A DNA stretch of 64,000 bases, from assembly GCA_048013815.1 (NCBI GenBank), contig CM106586.1, positions 18,352,001 through 18,416,000 on the forward strand, given 5' to 3'. Within the stretch, counting starts at the first letter, position 1; every line of letters starts with the position of its first letter. A program made the position numbers and the translations under genes. Below, piece by piece: positions 62,096-64,000 of the stretch. The notes under the pieces were generated by a model, which saw only the letters and a program-made list of their open reading frames with translations, did not search any database and was not told the DNA's origin. Source of the DNA: Setoptus koraiensis. Taxonomy: Eukaryota > Animalia > Arthropoda.

Positions 62096-64000
62096 ATTGG
62101 TTTGGACTCAATTTGCTTTATTGCATTTCCATATGTTGCCAGGGTTTTTGTCGGTAGTGTGTGCGCCGCACAATAATAAACTCGTTCGTCACAAACTGAC
62201 CATACTGACCGCTCGCCGCACAACAAGTGCCGCCAGTATGGCCGCCGCTTCGGCCGCCGCTGTTTAAAATCCCGGGTGCACTATGCGCTTGTAACAGACC
62301 GTTTGTTTGCCCGTGCGTCACGCGGGCATGTGTGTTATTTGTTGTTCGTTGTTTATTATTCGGGGCTCGTTGCCCGTTATTAGATCCCGTTATTTGTTGT
62401 GTGCGGGGCCTCAACGCACCGGCCACTTGAGCAGATTACGCAACATTGAACAAGTGTCGCACAATTGAGCCCAATGTGTCGCCAACCACTGAGAGCCACT
62501 GACCACTGGTCAGCGCTGGTCAGCGCTGGCCAGTCTTGCATTGTCGCTGTCGGATAATGTTGTGCGCCCGTTTAGTTATTACATAACGATATAGTTATTA
62601 CGCAACTTGCCAGTGTGACACAAGCCAGCGCGACACAAGCCAGTGCGACACAAGCCAGTGTGTTTGTTGGTTGTCACTGTAACACTGTTTGATTGATCAT
62701 TCCTGTTTGCGCCGTTTGCCATTAGTGGCGCCGTGCATCATTGGTGCACCTGCACCTTCGCCAACCTATCATTGGTGGCCACCGGCCAGCGCTGCCTACC
62801 GGATAAATTGATCAGCTGCCGGCGACCATTAGCTCGCCATCGAGCTGATCAATTTATCGATATCAATATATTCGATATTGTTGTCAGTGTTACTTGGTAG
62901 ATTGCTCACTCGGTAGTTGGTGGTGTCGGCCGGTTAGCGGCGCTCTTTCTTCGATTTGTCAATTGATATCATATCAACATGCTTGCTGTAATTCACTCTT
63001 GGCCCTCACCACTGCCAGCGCCACCGCAAACGCCTTCCCGGCCGGGCCCCAATCACTCCAATTTACTCACAAAGCGTGTCAACTGTGGGCCTGTCAGTCA
63101 CAGCTGTTTGGTGCAAAGTGTCACTCTTCTGTTGTATGCATTCTTATGTAACATGCATATATTATGCAAATAGTGCGTTTATAAATAAACTTGACGCTGC
63201 TTACAAATAAATTGGCTACTAATTGACAATAAGCGAACCTTTGTCAGCTCGTCGTGTCCACTGGCCGCGAGCAACACGAGCACTCGTGTCGCTTATCCAT
63301 TCAGTCGCCTCTTGTGGCGCTAATTAGCTGCCGACAACAAACCTGTCACCAGCTAATTAGCTTCATCATTAGTGGTTGATTAGCAGCCCACTATTAGTGC
63401 AATTTGTGCAATTACCGGGCACCAATAGTCTATTGGCAATAGAGCACGGCGTAGAGTTGGCAAGTATCGTTACAACTTGCAACCAAATCACCATGTGCAG
63501 GTGGCCCCCTCGCGGCCGTTTGTGCAAGCTCGTTTAGTTGAGTCTCGAGTAGCCGACTCACTGTGGTTTATGGCATAAACTTAACTAATCTTGCAAGTAA
63601 CAAAGTATCACAGCTCGTCGTAAGGGGTACATAAAATGTTTTAAATTAACCCTTTTCTCTCACTCGCTTGTCTCGACGAAATGAAGTTAGCCAATGCTCA
63701 TCAGTCGTTGTCGGCCTCGTTGGGGCGCCCGAGCGTCGACGGCGATAATTGCTAGACGCTCGCACGTCGATCAGCGTCATCCGGCAGGCATGAGATACAT
63801 GTGTCAAGCAAAGATACACGCTGTCTCCGGAGCGTCATTGGCTCGCCCGACAAGCCAACAGCGGCAAGCTCCCATCGACGAGCTCCCATCGACAAGCTCC
63901 CATCGCCAATCCAACCGCGACAAGCTAGCAGCGACAGGCTCCCGTGGACAGGCTATCAGCGACGAGCTCCCATCGACAAGCAAGACAGTTTAAACTTGGT

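Noticed and set aside
51310-63993. ORFs in the miple intron (e.g. 59610-60182, 59799-60428, 63694-63993)
   Set aside because: Same reason: no recognisable motifs, present in several frames at once, and no second PTN/MK repeat found.
1-64000. Transposons, rRNA, prokaryotic defence or horizontally transferred genes
   Set aside because: No transposase, RT, integrase, rRNA or bacterial-type ORFs were recognised. Degenerate TEs cannot be excluded without a repeat library.

Overview
Eukaryotic, non-prokaryotic DNA with GT-AG introns and abundant poly-Q/N/CAA tracts. It is probably an arthropod, and a chelicerate-type cuticle protein suggests a mite (inference; species not determined). Genes reconstructed by hand: RPL14 (minus, intronless CDS); a 6-exon pancreatic-lipase-family gene of about 1054 aa with an intact S-D-H triad; a dpr-type two-Ig cell-surface gene (minus, 4 exons found, 13.7-kb first intron, 3' end unresolved); DPH6 (intronless CDS); ACBD3/GCP60 (3 exons, 623 aa); an RR-type cuticle protein (2 exons, 126 aa); and the first two coding exons of a pleiotrophin/midkine (miple-like) gene whose remaining exons were not found. 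No transposase, RT, rRNA, tRNA or CRISPR array could be supported. The most striking unexplained signal is in the large GC-rich non-coding zones (about 10-39 kb and 51.3-64 kb). They are packed with mutually unrelated perfect or near-perfect inverted repeats (stems up to 20-23 bp), dozens of unrelated low-copy tandem duplications and a strongly enriched GGGCCC palindrome. Folded protein domains in the same window carry long low-complexity insertions. This pattern suggests a pervasive templated-insertion mutational process and/or a layer of intronic hairpin RNAs. That interpretation is a hypothesis, not an established system.
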